From NCBI GenBank assembly GCA_002448475.1, contig DJYI01000018.1:7519-58897 (forward strand): DNA of 51,379 nt. The letters run 5' to 3'. A program made the position numbers and the translations under genes. Below are positions 7,406-15,810 of the stretch, piece by piece; the first letter of the stretch is position 1, and every line of letters begins with the position of its first letter. Source of the stretch: Verrucomicrobia bacterium UBA6982 (GTDB lineage Bacteria > Verrucomicrobiota > Kiritimatiellia > RFP12 > UBA3636). The notes under the pieces are model-generated. The model saw only the letters and a list, made by a program, of their open reading frames with translations. It did not search any database and was not told the origin of the DNA.

Positions 7406-10400
7406 ATTCCGGTTGTTGCGGGAGCGCGTTCATGGCCCGCAATTCGTAGGAGTCCAGCGTTGTTTCGGTTGGGAGCTCTTCGCCCGTGACGGCGTCGCGG
7501 AGGCCGGGCGGAAGCCGGATGACGCAGGGCGCGAAGCCGGTATTGAGCGCGTAATACCAGCGAACGCCGTCCACGACGGCGGTGCGCAAGATGGCCTTGG
7601 TTGCGCAGGACGGAGCCTGCGCATCAGGATGCAGAGCCTGCGCATCAGGATGCTGTGCCTGCGCATCAGGATGCTGTGCCTGCGCATCAGGATGCTGTGC
7701 CTGCGCATCGGGATGCTGTGCCTGCGCATCAGGATGGAGGGCCTGCGCATCAGGATGGAGGGCCTGCGCATCCTCGAACTTCACGGCCGGGAGGGCGCGG
7801 AAGTGGCGCATGAAGGGCGCGAGCACCTCTTCGGTGCCGAGCGTGCTTACGAGGAACCCGCCTTTTGCGAAGGCGAAAAGGTCGCCGTGCGCGAGCGCCA
7901 TGGCGTAGGGACGGAGCGCTTCGCGGCCGGACGCGTTGAAGTGCGTGACGCGCCAGCCGGGTTCGACGAGCCACGGGGCGCGGAGGCGGCCGTCGCCGGA
8001 TTTGCGCACTTTTCCGGGCGGCGAGCCGATGGCGGTCTCGTAGTAGCTGTCGTGGAGGATGGCCGACGGGAAGTCGGTCTCCCGCGCCGGGGCGTAGGCG
8101 CCTGGCGTTTCGGGAAGGTCGCGGACGAACTCGATGTCGCTCTCCGAAACTCCCTTCGTCTTGCGAAGTTCGTCCCGATACCAGCATGGCATGGTCAGGA
8201 CGCCGAGCGAAAGGTTGGGGATGGTTGCGAGGCGGGCGGCGTCGATGCCGGCTTCCCGGAGCGAGCGGTCGATCATGTCGCCGTCGCGCAGGTCGGGGCG
8301 CGCCGCCATGCGCGGGCGCCACGGCGGCGATGCGCCGACCCAGAGCCGCAGGTCGGGGCGGCGCTCGGCCATGCGCGCGGCCATGCGCCCGTAGAGGCGG
8401 GTCAGGGTTTCGCAGCGCCAGTCGATCCACTCTTCGAGAAGTGCGGGGTCGGAGCGCAGGGCGGCGGCGAACTGGGTTGCGCAGGGCAGAGCCTGGGTTG
8501 CGCAGGGCAGAGCCTGTTTTGCGCAGGGCAGAGCCTGTTTTGCGCAGGGCTGAGCCTGCGCATCAGGATGCAGAGCCTGCGTATCTTTATCGGGGAGGCG
8601 GGCTTCAGCCCGCTCCCTGCAAAAGGCGGCGATGGTGTAGGCGTTGTAGCCGGCTTCGAGGCTGCCCCACCAGAGCGCGTTCACGGAGTTGAAGAGGTCG
8701 ATGTAGATGCCTTTGAAGGAGGGGGACCCGGCGCATTCGTCGAGGATCGCGTCGATTTCCGCCAGAATCGCGTCCTGCACCGCCGGATGCGAGATGTTGA
8801 AGTAGGGCTTTGTGAAGTGCCACCCGGCCCAGTTGGGGTAGCCGGTGTCGAGGAGGGAAACCGGGGAGTCCGCGAGCGAGCCGTCGAGGAGCGAACGGAG
8901 CGAAAGCGCCCCTTCTAGGCCCGGGAAGCGGTGCTGGTTCATGGAGGCGTAGAATCCGAGTCCGTCGCGGTCGAAGCGGCGGCAGATTTCACGCAGGTAG
9001 TGCGGAACGTGCGGACGCGGCTTGTAGCGGTCGCAGATGAGTCCGGGATACCAGACCGCCGGATAGACCAGCGTGTCCGCGCCCGTGAACTTCATGTAGG
9101 CCGCAAGGCGATCGATCACGCGCTTCGTCCCGTCGAGCGTCTGAAAGCCCGCGCCGAAATCCCACGTGACGGCAGGGTCTTCGTAGCGGATGGCGAAGTT
9201 GCGCCGCGGCGCGGTGGCGGAGAGCGCGACGGCTTCGCCCACCGCCGGGAGCGCGCCCGAATCGATTGCATAGACGCGGATGCGCGAAACGGCGGCGCTT
9301 TCGCCCGCCCCGCGCGTCATGGCGATGAGCGTGATGTCGAGCGCCTCGCCTTCCGCAGGGGCGGCGGTTTCGCGCGGCCAGTAGAGGTAGCGCTTGGTGG
9401 CGATCTTCCCGGTGAGCGGATGCTCGATGCCGGTTTCGACTCCGGCCTGAAGCCCATAGTCGAATTTGGGCTTGGACGACGCGAACACGGTAAAGTCGGC
9501 CGTGCGGGCGCGATCGTCGGGGTAGTCGATTTCGAAGCAGAGGAGCGGCGCGGCCGTGTCGAGGAGAAAACGCACCGCGTATCGGTCGCCGTGTCCGTCC
9601 CCGGCTTCAAGGAAGCGGACGCCTCCGAGTTCGCCGGTTTTCCATGTGCCGGTGGAGGCGAAGCGGTTGGTGTCGCTGGAAAGGGCGAGCGCGGCGGGAT
9701 CGACATCCGCGAGGAGCCGCATCCCGGCGGGAACGCCGCTGTCGCCGGACAGCGGGAGAATCGCCGGGTTGGGCGGCGGTGGAGCCACCGGGTCGCGCCA
9801 CGGCTCGCTCCAGACCCAGTCGGCGATGTTCCACGGCGGCGGAACCGGGGCGGGCTTGGCTGGATTGCGGCGCAGGACGGCGGCGACGGGCGTCATGCTG
9901 TCGCCGAACTTCGCCGGCGGCTCCGCCGCGACTTCGGGCGGCTCGGACGACAGGATTCCATGGTCGCCGAACTCGACGGAGTCGATGAAGAGCCGCCCGC
10001 CGCCCGGTGCGGTGAACTCCAGATCGAGAAAAACGTCCGTCGCGTCGTCCGGCACTGGGCAGGCGCTCTCGATGCGGACGCCGTCGCGTCCGATTTCGAC
10101 GACGGACGGGAAGAGCCGCCCCTTCGACTGCCAGACTGCGCCGTCGCCCCGCTTGACGCCTGGCATGGCGACGACTTTGGCCGGTTCGTCGTTCGATTCG
10201 CACCGGAGCGCCGCGACGAAGGCGATGTCGCGTCCCGCGAACCGCCCGGGATCGGGCACAGGGAAGCGCATCCGCACGGTTTCCGCGCCGCCACCGAACG
10301 CCTCGCGCAAATCTGCGACCCATCCGCCACCTTCTTGCACTACGCGGACCGCCTCGCCCATTGCGGGGCGCTCCGGGAAGACGGAAACGGTCGGGGCCAT

Positions 10401-10466
10401 CGGAGAAGCCGCAGCGCAGCGGCAGGTCATGAGGACGGCGGCGAGGAATATGGGGAGTCGTTTCAT
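7380..10466 (-). CDS. Secreted 1028-aa putative glycoside hydrolase-like TIM-barrel protein with in-frame repeat insertions
   Basis: Signal peptide MKRLPIFLAAVLMTCRCAAA; YMKFTGADTLVYPAVWY...FNISHPAVQ...FKGIYID resembles GHL10/DUF187-like barrels. Family uncertain. Confidence 0.5.
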   Translation of the reverse strand: MKRLPIFLAAVLMTCRCAAASPMAPTVSVFPERPAMGEAVRVVQEGGGWVADLREAFGGGAETVRMRFPVPDPGRFAGRDIAFVAALRCESNDEPAKVVAMPGVKRGDGAVWQSKGRLFPSVVEIGRDGVRIESACPVPDDATDVFLDLEFTAPGGGRLFIDSVEFGDHGILSSEPPEVAAEPPAKFGDSMTPVAAVLRRNPAKPAPVPPPWNIADWVWSEPWRDPVAPPPPNPAILPLSGDSGVPAGMRLLADVDPAALALSSDTNRFASTGTWKTGELGGVRFLEAGDGHGDRYAVRFLLDTAAPLLCFEIDYPDDRARTADFTVFASSKPKFDYGLQAGVETGIEHPLTGKIATKRYLYWPRETAAPAEGEALDITLIAMTRGAGESAAVSRIRVYAIDSGALPAVGEAVALSATAPRRNFAIRYEDPAVTWDFGAGFQTLDGTKRVIDRLAAYMKFTGADTLVYPAVWYPGLICDRYKPRPHVPHYLREICRRFDRDGLGFYASMNQHRFPGLEGALSLRSLLDGSLADSPVSLLDTGYPNWAGWHFTKPYFNISHPAVQDAILAEIDAILDECAGSPSFKGIYIDLFNSVNALWWGSLEAGYNAYTIAAFCRERAEARLPDKDTQALHPDAQAQPCAKQALPCAKQALPCATQALPCATQFAAALRSDPALLEEWIDWRCETLTRLYGRMAARMAERRPDLRLWVGASPPWRPRMAARPDLRDGDMIDRSLREAGIDAARLATIPNLSLGVLTMPCWYRDELRKTKGVSESDIEFVRDLPETPGAYAPARETDFPSAILHDSYYETAIGSPPGKVRKSGDGRLRAPWLVEPGWRVTHFNASGREALRPYAMALAHGDLFAFAKGGFLVSTLGTEEVLAPFMRHFRALPAVKFEDAQALHPDAQALHPDAQAQHPDAQAQHPDAQAQHPDAQAQHPDAQALHPDAQAPSCATKAILRTAVVDGVRWYYALNTGFAPCVIRLPPGLRDAVTGEELPTETTLDSYELRAMNALPQQPEFDTNPTGM
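7602..7772. repeat. 21-bp in-frame tandem array (DAQA[L/Q]HP x7) ending in a palindrome (family A)
   Basis: GCCTGCGCATCAGGATG(N4) units; terminal hairpin TGCGCAGG-ACGGAG-CCTGCGCA at 7602-7623. Confidence 0.95.
8472..8613. repeat. Second family-A array (QALPCA[K/T] units) plus REP-like hairpin GCGGGCT-TC-AGCCCGC
   Basis: TGCGCAGGGCAGAGCCTG units at 21-bp period; hairpins at 8541-8562 and 8598-8613. Confidence 0.9.
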
Positions 10467-10637
10467 GAGGCGGATTGGAAATTGAAAATGCGTCTGGCGC
10501 CCGCTAGTGTCTCGTCTGAAAAATCTGTGGCAATATCCGCTGATCAGATTTCGCCTGGCGAGGCGTTGCCAGGAGGCGTAGTGTCCCTACGGCGACTGGC
10601 AACAACAAAGCATGGCGGAATTTGGGCAAGGATGGTG

Positions 10638-10955
10638 TCATGGAGTTCGAGGACGAGACACTAGGAACGCGGCCCAGTCTTCGCGCGAAATCGAGTGAGG
10701 GCCGTGCTTGCAGTGCCACGAGACATCGCCGTGAAAAGGCTGCCGCGAATGCAAGGCGGCGGACGGGGGAAGACGGTCCGCGCCGAAGAGGCGATAGACC
10801 GGCGCGACGGCCTGGACGGCGGGAAGCGCGCCTCCGGGGAGGTCGCTTGCGCTGATGCGCTCTGCCCGGGCCGTGCCGGCAAGGGCGCCAATGCACAGCG
10901 CGGCCATCAAGCCATGCCGCCAGATGCGGGATGTGGTGTGTCTCTGTGTTTTCAT
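10638..10955 (-). pseudogene. Internally deleted CE15 (glucuronoyl esterase-like) remnant: signal peptide joined to the C-terminal tail
   Basis: Good RBS (AAGGAG) and signal peptide, then APVYRLFG...GDVSWHCKHGPHSISREDWAAFL, resembling the CE15 C-terminus (PVY.LLG...GYH.R.G.H.I...DW..FL). No GxSRxG catalytic region. Confidence 0.55.
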
Positions 10956-10958
10956 GGA

Positions 10959-12590
10959 TTACTCCTTTGTGTTGGTGGTTTCTGAAACAAAATCAATGGC
11001 AGTGCGCTCCGCAAGTATGCAGGGCGAGTCGTAAACGGGGACGTCGAGGTAGCGGACGCAGGAGCGGCACTTGACGACGCGCTCCTTCGGGAATTCGTAA
11101 ACTCGGCCGGAGAGGATATCGATCCATACCGGATCGCTCAGCGGTTCGCCGCCGAACTGCTCGAAGACTGCCGGGCGGGTCTCGAAGGAGTCGCCGGGGC
11201 GCAGGTAGGGCAGAATGCGCTCGTCGGGCGCCGGCGCGTGGAGCCCGCGCGCGTTGCCGGCGAGCGCTGGGTCGATAAAGTCGCTGCCGTGAGTCCAGAA
11301 CGCCGCGCAGGGCAGAGCCTGCGCATCAGGATGGAAAGTGTACACGGAGAGCGAGAGATCCACGGAGCGGAATGCGCCGGGCGCACACCCCGGCGCTGCC
11401 GCGCCGGGCACAATTCCCGGCGCTGCCGCGCCGGGCACAGAACAGAGTGCCGCGCACGGTCTGTTCTGTGTCGCGCACGGAAGTGCGCGGAATATGCTCG
11501 CCAGGTTCTGCACGGCGTAGTAGGCGCGCTTCACGGCGATCACGCGGTGGTCCTCGTCGGCGCGCAGCAGCCCCTTGCGGTTGATTTCCCGCCCTATGTG
11601 GTTGAAGTCGCAGATCGTGAAAATCGAAGACTCCACGCCGTGCCCGAGATCGCCGAGCATGCGACGCAAGTCCCACTTCGCCTGCGACACTTCGCTCCAT
11701 GCCTTGCGCTTCAGCGCGAAGAAGGTCGTCATTTCGCTGGGTGCGCCGTTTTCGCCCTGCCGCAGCCGCGCGTGCGGCGCGAGGCGCGCCACCACTTCCT
11801 TCTGCGCCTCGACGTTTTCGTAGCTCGCTTCCGGCGCCTCCTGGTAGCCGTGGTAGATGAACCAGTCGAAAAGCGTGACGTCAGCGCCAAGCGCGCGAAG
11901 GCACTCTTCGAGGAATTCGGGCCGGTTCCGCGCGAGCGAAAGCCCCGCAATACGGGCGTCGGGGATGTTCCTTTTCACGATTCGCGCCGTGCGGACGTTG
12001 AACGCGGCGATCTGCTGCGGCGTCTTGGGCGCTGAGCCATCGGAGGGCGTGATGTCCGGCTCGTTCCACATGAACCACTCGCCGACGCGGCCGGCGAAAT
12101 GGCGAGTGATCGCATCGACCCAGGCGTCCCAGGCGGCGAGGCCTTCTTCGGAGGTGGGGAAACCGGCGCCAAGGTCGAAGCCGCCGCCGCCGGGGTAGAT
12201 TGGATTGCCGTAGCCGGTTTCGAGAATCGGCGAAAGCCCGCGGGCGCGGGCGTCATCGACGATATGGTCGAGCCATGCGAAATCGTAGGCGCCGCGCACG
12301 CGCTCGCACTTGGCCCACCCGGCCTGAAGTCTGATTTTGCGGAGCCCGAGCGGTGCGAGGTATTCCTTGTATTCGTCGTAGTCGGCAAAATCGCGGTCGA
12401 GGGTTTCGCAACCGAGGGTCCAGTGATCGCACGGCCTGAAGGGCCGTGCTGTCAAGTTGGATGGCGCGGAAACAAGCGGCGCGGTCAAGTTGGGCTGGCG
12501 GAGTGTGCCAATGCGCCGGAGTCCGGGGTTGAGCGTTGTGAAGACGCGGTCGGGCGATGTGGAAATGGGTGGTTTCATGGTTTGTGTCAT
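10959..12590 (-). CDS. GH39-like / clan GH-A glycoside hydrolase
   Basis: LGCETLDRD...RLQAGWAKCE...YDFAWLD...WFMWNEPD...YHGY...QGENG. Start 12590 gives an ATGA overlap with the upstream stop. Confidence 0.75.
   Translation of the reverse strand: MTQTMKPPISTSPDRVFTTLNPGLRRIGTLRQPNLTAPLVSAPSNLTARPFRPCDHWTLGCETLDRDFADYDEYKEYLAPLGLRKIRLQAGWAKCERVRGAYDFAWLDHIVDDARARGLSPILETGYGNPIYPGGGGFDLGAGFPTSEEGLAAWDAWVDAITRHFAGRVGEWFMWNEPDITPSDGSAPKTPQQIAAFNVRTARIVKRNIPDARIAGLSLARNRPEFLEECLRALGADVTLFDWFIYHGYQEAPEASYENVEAQKEVVARLAPHARLRQGENGAPSEMTTFFALKRKAWSEVSQAKWDLRRMLGDLGHGVESSIFTICDFNHIGREINRKGLLRADEDHRVIAVKRAYYAVQNLASIFRALPCATQNRPCAALCSVPGAAAPGIVPGAAAPGCAPGAFRSVDLSLSVYTFHPDAQALPCAAFWTHGSDFIDPALAGNARGLHAPAPDERILPYLRPGDSFETRPAVFEQFGGEPLSDPVWIDILSGRVYEFPKERVVKCRSCVRYLDVPVYDSPCILAERTAIDFVSETTNTKE
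11305..11489. repeat. In-frame composite insertion: one family-A unit plus family-B hairpins and doublet
   Basis: GCGCAGG-GCAGAG-CCTGCGCATCAGGATG (11305-11333); CCCGGCGC-TGCC-GCGCCGGG at 11389 and 11416; CACAGAACAG/CTGTTCTGTG inverted pair; CGCGCAC-GGAA-GTGCGCG at 11472. Confidence 0.9.
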
Positions 12591-14644
12591 GAATGCGGTC
12601 GATTGCGGTCGATTGCCATCGATTGCGCGAGATTTTGGGTGCGGCGGCGGAGGTCGCGGAGGTCGATTTTCTTGCAGCCTCGCCACCAATTTTCCCACTT
12701 CCCGGCGCAGTATTCCGGTTCCCGGGCGAGGATGGCGTCGATGAGGCGAAGCGCTTCGGCGGCCGCATATCCCGGCACTTCCGTGCCGGGCACAGAACAG
12801 AGTGCCCGGCACGGAAGTGCCGGGATTCTCAGCAGTGCGGCGAGCCACGCGGAGAAATCGCGCATGAAGAGCGCCGGGTGGAGGAGCTGCGAATATGCGA
12901 AGGGGCGGCTTTCCGCCGGAAGGCGCGCGAAGAGTGGCGCGGCGGCGTCAGCGGCGCGGGCGAAGGCCGCGGCCTGCGCGTCGAGCGCCGCGATGGCGGC
13001 GGCGCGGGTCCCGGGCTGCGGGTTGAAGGCGGGGTAAATCGAGGCGTAGAAGAGGTCGGCGGGCGGCTTGTTGCCCACGAACGGATCCCACGAAGGATCG
13101 TCGGCCGGCACTTCCCCGCGCTCGAATGGCTGAAAAACTTTGCGGATGGCGGTCTTGCGGATGTGCCCGTCGAGGAAGAGCGGCCAGCCAGTCTGCGGCT
13201 GGATTGCCGGGGCGGCGTCGTAGGCGGCGAACGCGGCGCGCCACGCGGCGCGGTCTTCTGCCGGAAAATGGCGCGCGATCCAGCGTTCCTCCCAGGCGGC
13301 GTGATCGAACGCCGCGCCGTCGCGGAGGATGCGCGCGGAGGCGTCGAGGCCCCGCGCAAACTCGCGGATGTTCGCAACGTTGAGGATCGCGTAGTCCGAG
13401 GCTCCGGCGGCAAGCGCTTCGCCCAGCACGGCGACCGTGCGCGCCGGCGGCACGAGCGGCGCCAGATGCGGCCCCGCGTCGAAGATCGCGTGGTGGTAGT
13501 AGATGCCGCGTGGTTTTGCAGTCGCCCGGGCCTCAGTGCGACAAACCCCCGGTCCCTTCCACCCTGGGCCGTTGTCGGAGGCGACGACGATCGCACCTTC
13601 CGGAACGCGCAGGAGACCGCGCTCGTAAAACACCGCGCCTTCGCCCCAGAGCGTTACGGTGGCCACCCTCCCTTCGCGCGGGACGCCGATTTCGTCGAGG
13701 ATCTCCATCTGCCGCTCCATCGCGGCGGAGATGACGGCCGCGCGGCCGGCGTCGGAGTCCGGGGCGGTGGGATCGGCGCTCCACATCGGGCGGTCCGCGA
13801 CGCCACGCAGGCCCAGCTGCCAGACCACGTTCGGGAAGCGCGCCCAGGCCTGCGCCGTGGCGCGCCAAACCTCCTCCACTTCGCGCGGATGCGACGTCCA
13901 GGAGAACGGCACGTCGCGGCCGCGCGCTTTCCAGTAGGATTGGAAGGTGAACGCGCTCGTGCCCAGCGGCTCCACGTGGTGCTGCGAAAGGAACACGCCA
14001 CGCGCGGCGAAAATCTCCGCAAGGCGCGCTTCCGGCGGATTGAGGGGATTTACGAAACTCGCGGGGATGGCAAGATTCATGCGGCAGCGCACGAGCGCCT
14101 CCGCGACGCGCTCCGCCACGTCCTCGGCGATGACGGTGCCGTAGAAGGGATAGTCGATGTCGCGCCGACCACCGCCGTCGTGCCAGTCGGTGAGCAGGTC
14201 TTCGTCGTTCAGGAACCAACCGCGGAAGCGGAAGGCAGGCGGGCCGGCGTGCAGTGCGGGCGCATCGAGAACGAGCGACGAGGCGCGCGGATATGGCGCG
14301 TCGTTCCAGAAGGCGAGCGGATCGACGCCGAGGATTTCATCGAGGAATGCGTAAATCCCGAACATCGTGCCGCGCGGGTCGGAGCCGGCGATGCGCAGGA
14401 CGCCGCCTTCATCGACCGCGACATCGAATGCCTCCCATTCGCCGCGCGGCGCCGTGGATATGAATACGTCGCCCGGAGCCGGCTCGCCGCCGCGCATGAG
14501 CGCGGGGCGGACGCCAGTGATCTTTTCCACGTCGCCAGCCAGGTCTTCCGCGGCGCGGAAGACATATTCCGGCTCGTTCGCCGCCACGAGGATTCTCGCG
14601 GCGGCGCCATTTTGGGAAACGAGCTGGAAAGGAGATTGCGACAT
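12587..14644 (-). CDS. Glycoside hydrolase family 115 (alpha-glucuronidase-like)
   Basis: IAGSDPRGTMFGIY, FRGWFLNDEDLL, SQHHVEPLG and WQLGLRGVADRP motifs. Confidence 0.8.
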   Translation of the reverse strand: MSQSPFQLVSQNGAAARILVAANEPEYVFRAAEDLAGDVEKITGVRPALMRGGEPAPGDVFISTAPRGEWEAFDVAVDEGGVLRIAGSDPRGTMFGIYAFLDEILGVDPLAFWNDAPYPRASSLVLDAPALHAGPPAFRFRGWFLNDEDLLTDWHDGGGRRDIDYPFYGTVIAEDVAERVAEALVRCRMNLAIPASFVNPLNPPEARLAEIFAARGVFLSQHHVEPLGTSAFTFQSYWKARGRDVPFSWTSHPREVEEVWRATAQAWARFPNVVWQLGLRGVADRPMWSADPTAPDSDAGRAAVISAAMERQMEILDEIGVPREGRVATVTLWGEGAVFYERGLLRVPEGAIVVASDNGPGWKGPGVCRTEARATAKPRGIYYHHAIFDAGPHLAPLVPPARTVAVLGEALAAGASDYAILNVANIREFARGLDASARILRDGAAFDHAAWEERWIARHFPAEDRAAWRAAFAAYDAAPAIQPQTGWPLFLDGHIRKTAIRKVFQPFERGEVPADDPSWDPFVGNKPPADLFYASIYPAFNPQPGTRAAAIAALDAQAAAFARAADAAAPLFARLPAESRPFAYSQLLHPALFMRDFSAWLAALLRIPALPCRALCSVPGTEVPGYAAAEALRLIDAILAREPEYCAGKWENWWRGCKKIDLRDLRRRTQNLAQSMAIDRNRPHS
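12769..12826. repeat. Family-B inverted doublet (perfect 25-bp inverted repeat, 8-bp spacer) in-frame in GH115
   Basis: ATCCCGGCACTTCCGTGCCGGGCAC-AGAACAGA-GTGCCCGGCACGGAAGTGCCGGGAT; each arm is itself a hairpin. Confidence 0.95.
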
Positions 14645-14663
14645 GGTTATAAGGTTATCGGAA

Positions 14664-15752
14664 TCAGACGCCGGCGGAGGCGAGGAAGCCGCCGTCGACG
14701 GGGACGGTGATGCCGGTGACGAAGGCGGCGCGGGTGTCGTCGAGCAGCCATTCGACGCAGCCGAGGAGATCCTCGGCCTCGCCGAAGCGTCCCATGGGAG
14801 TGTGGGCCATCACCTGCTCGCCGCGCGGGGAGAGGCCGCCATCGGGCGTGCAGAGGTATTTGCGAGAGCGCTCGTTGACCATGAAACCGGGGGCGACGGC
14901 GTTCACGCGCACGTGCGCCGGGGCCATGTATTGCGCGAAGAACTGCGTCCAGTTCGCGATGCCGGCCTTGGCCATGGCGTAGGGGGCGACGCGCGTGAGC
15001 GGGCGGTAGGTGTTCATCGAGGCGAAGTTGAGAATTGCTCCGCCGCCGGCGCGCGCCATCTGGAGTCCGAATGCGCGCGAGGGAATCACCGTGCCGAGCG
15101 TGTTGATCTCCAGCACCCGGCGGAAAGCGGCCATGTCGATGTCGAAGAAACCGCGGGAGGCCGCGGCCTCCCGCGGCCCCGATGAATCGGGGCTTCGGCT
15201 ACCAGAGGCTGGGGTGGCGCTACCAGTGGCGGCGGGGGTGGGGCTACCAGTGGCTGGGGTGGTGCTACCGGCGGCTGGGCTGGGGCTACCGGAGGTGGGA
15301 GTGGGGCTACCGGCGGCGGGGGTGGGGCTGCCGGCGGCGGGGCTGGTGCTACCGGCGGGGGGGGGGGGGCTGCCAGAGGCGCGCAAATCTTCTTCGGAGA
15401 AGCGCAGGCGGGTGGGCATGGCGGCGGGGTCGTTGCCGCCGGCACCGTTTATGAGAAAGCGGCACGGGCCCCACTCGGCGAGCACTCGCTCCGCAAGCGT
15501 CTGGACCGCCGCCTCGTCGGTGACATCGCATGGGGCGATGAGCGGCTTTTCGCGCAAGTCTGCGCGACCCGGCGCGGACGCGCCGGGTGCAAAACTTGCG
15601 AGTGTCTCCGCCACCTTCTCCAGTTTTTCGCGGGTGCGGCCAACCAGCACGACCTTGCAGCCGAGCGCGGCGAGGTGTTTTGCAATGGCGGAGCAGAGCG
15701 TTCCGCCCGCGCCGGTGACAACGGCGACTTTGTCTTGGAATTGCGGATTCAT
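14664..15752 (-). CDS. SDR oxidoreductase, D-mannonate oxidoreductase (UxuB-like), with in-frame insertions
   Basis: VTGAGGTLC, LINGAGGN, ILNFASMN...PLTRVAPYAMAK, RVNAVAPGF, HTPMGRFG; adjacent to uxaC. Confidence 0.8.
   Translation of the reverse strand: MNPQFQDKVAVVTGAGGTLCSAIAKHLAALGCKVVLVGRTREKLEKVAETLASFAPGASAPGRADLREKPLIAPCDVTDEAAVQTLAERVLAEWGPCRFLINGAGGNDPAAMPTRLRFSEEDLRASGSPPPPAGSTSPAAGSPTPAAGSPTPTSGSPSPAAGSTTPATGSPTPAATGSATPASGSRSPDSSGPREAAASRGFFDIDMAAFRRVLEINTLGTVIPSRAFGLQMARAGGGAILNFASMNTYRPLTRVAPYAMAKAGIANWTQFFAQYMAPAHVRVNAVAPGFMVNERSRKYLCTPDGGLSPRGEQVMAHTPMGRFGEAEDLLGCVEWLLDDTRAAFVTGITVPVDGGFLASAGV
15151..15380. repeat. 26-bp perfect palindrome, family-C hairpin and about 21-bp tandem array (GSPTPAA) with a G13 run
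   Basis: CCGCGGGAGGCCGCGGCCTCCCGCGG (15151-15176); GCCCCGAT-GA-ATCGGGGC (15176-15193); GCTACC/GCTGCC-anchored units to about 15380; G13 at 15357-15369. Confidence 0.9.
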
Positions 15753-15762
15753 GGCGTAAACA

Positions 15763-15797
15763 GTTGAAAAGTTGAAAAGTTGAAAGGTTGAAAAGTT
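15763..15797. repeat. Intergenic 8-bp tandem repeat (GTTGAAAA x4)
   Basis: GTTGAAAAGTTGAAAAGTTGAAAGGTTGAAAAGTT between the uxaC stop and the SDR start. Confidence 0.9.
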
Positions 15798-15810
15798 TTG
15801 GGGATGGAGT

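Noticed and set aside
7602-8613. 21-bp arrays as a CRISPR array
   Set aside because: Units are contiguous with no unique spacers, lie in frame in a CDS, and no cas genes are present.
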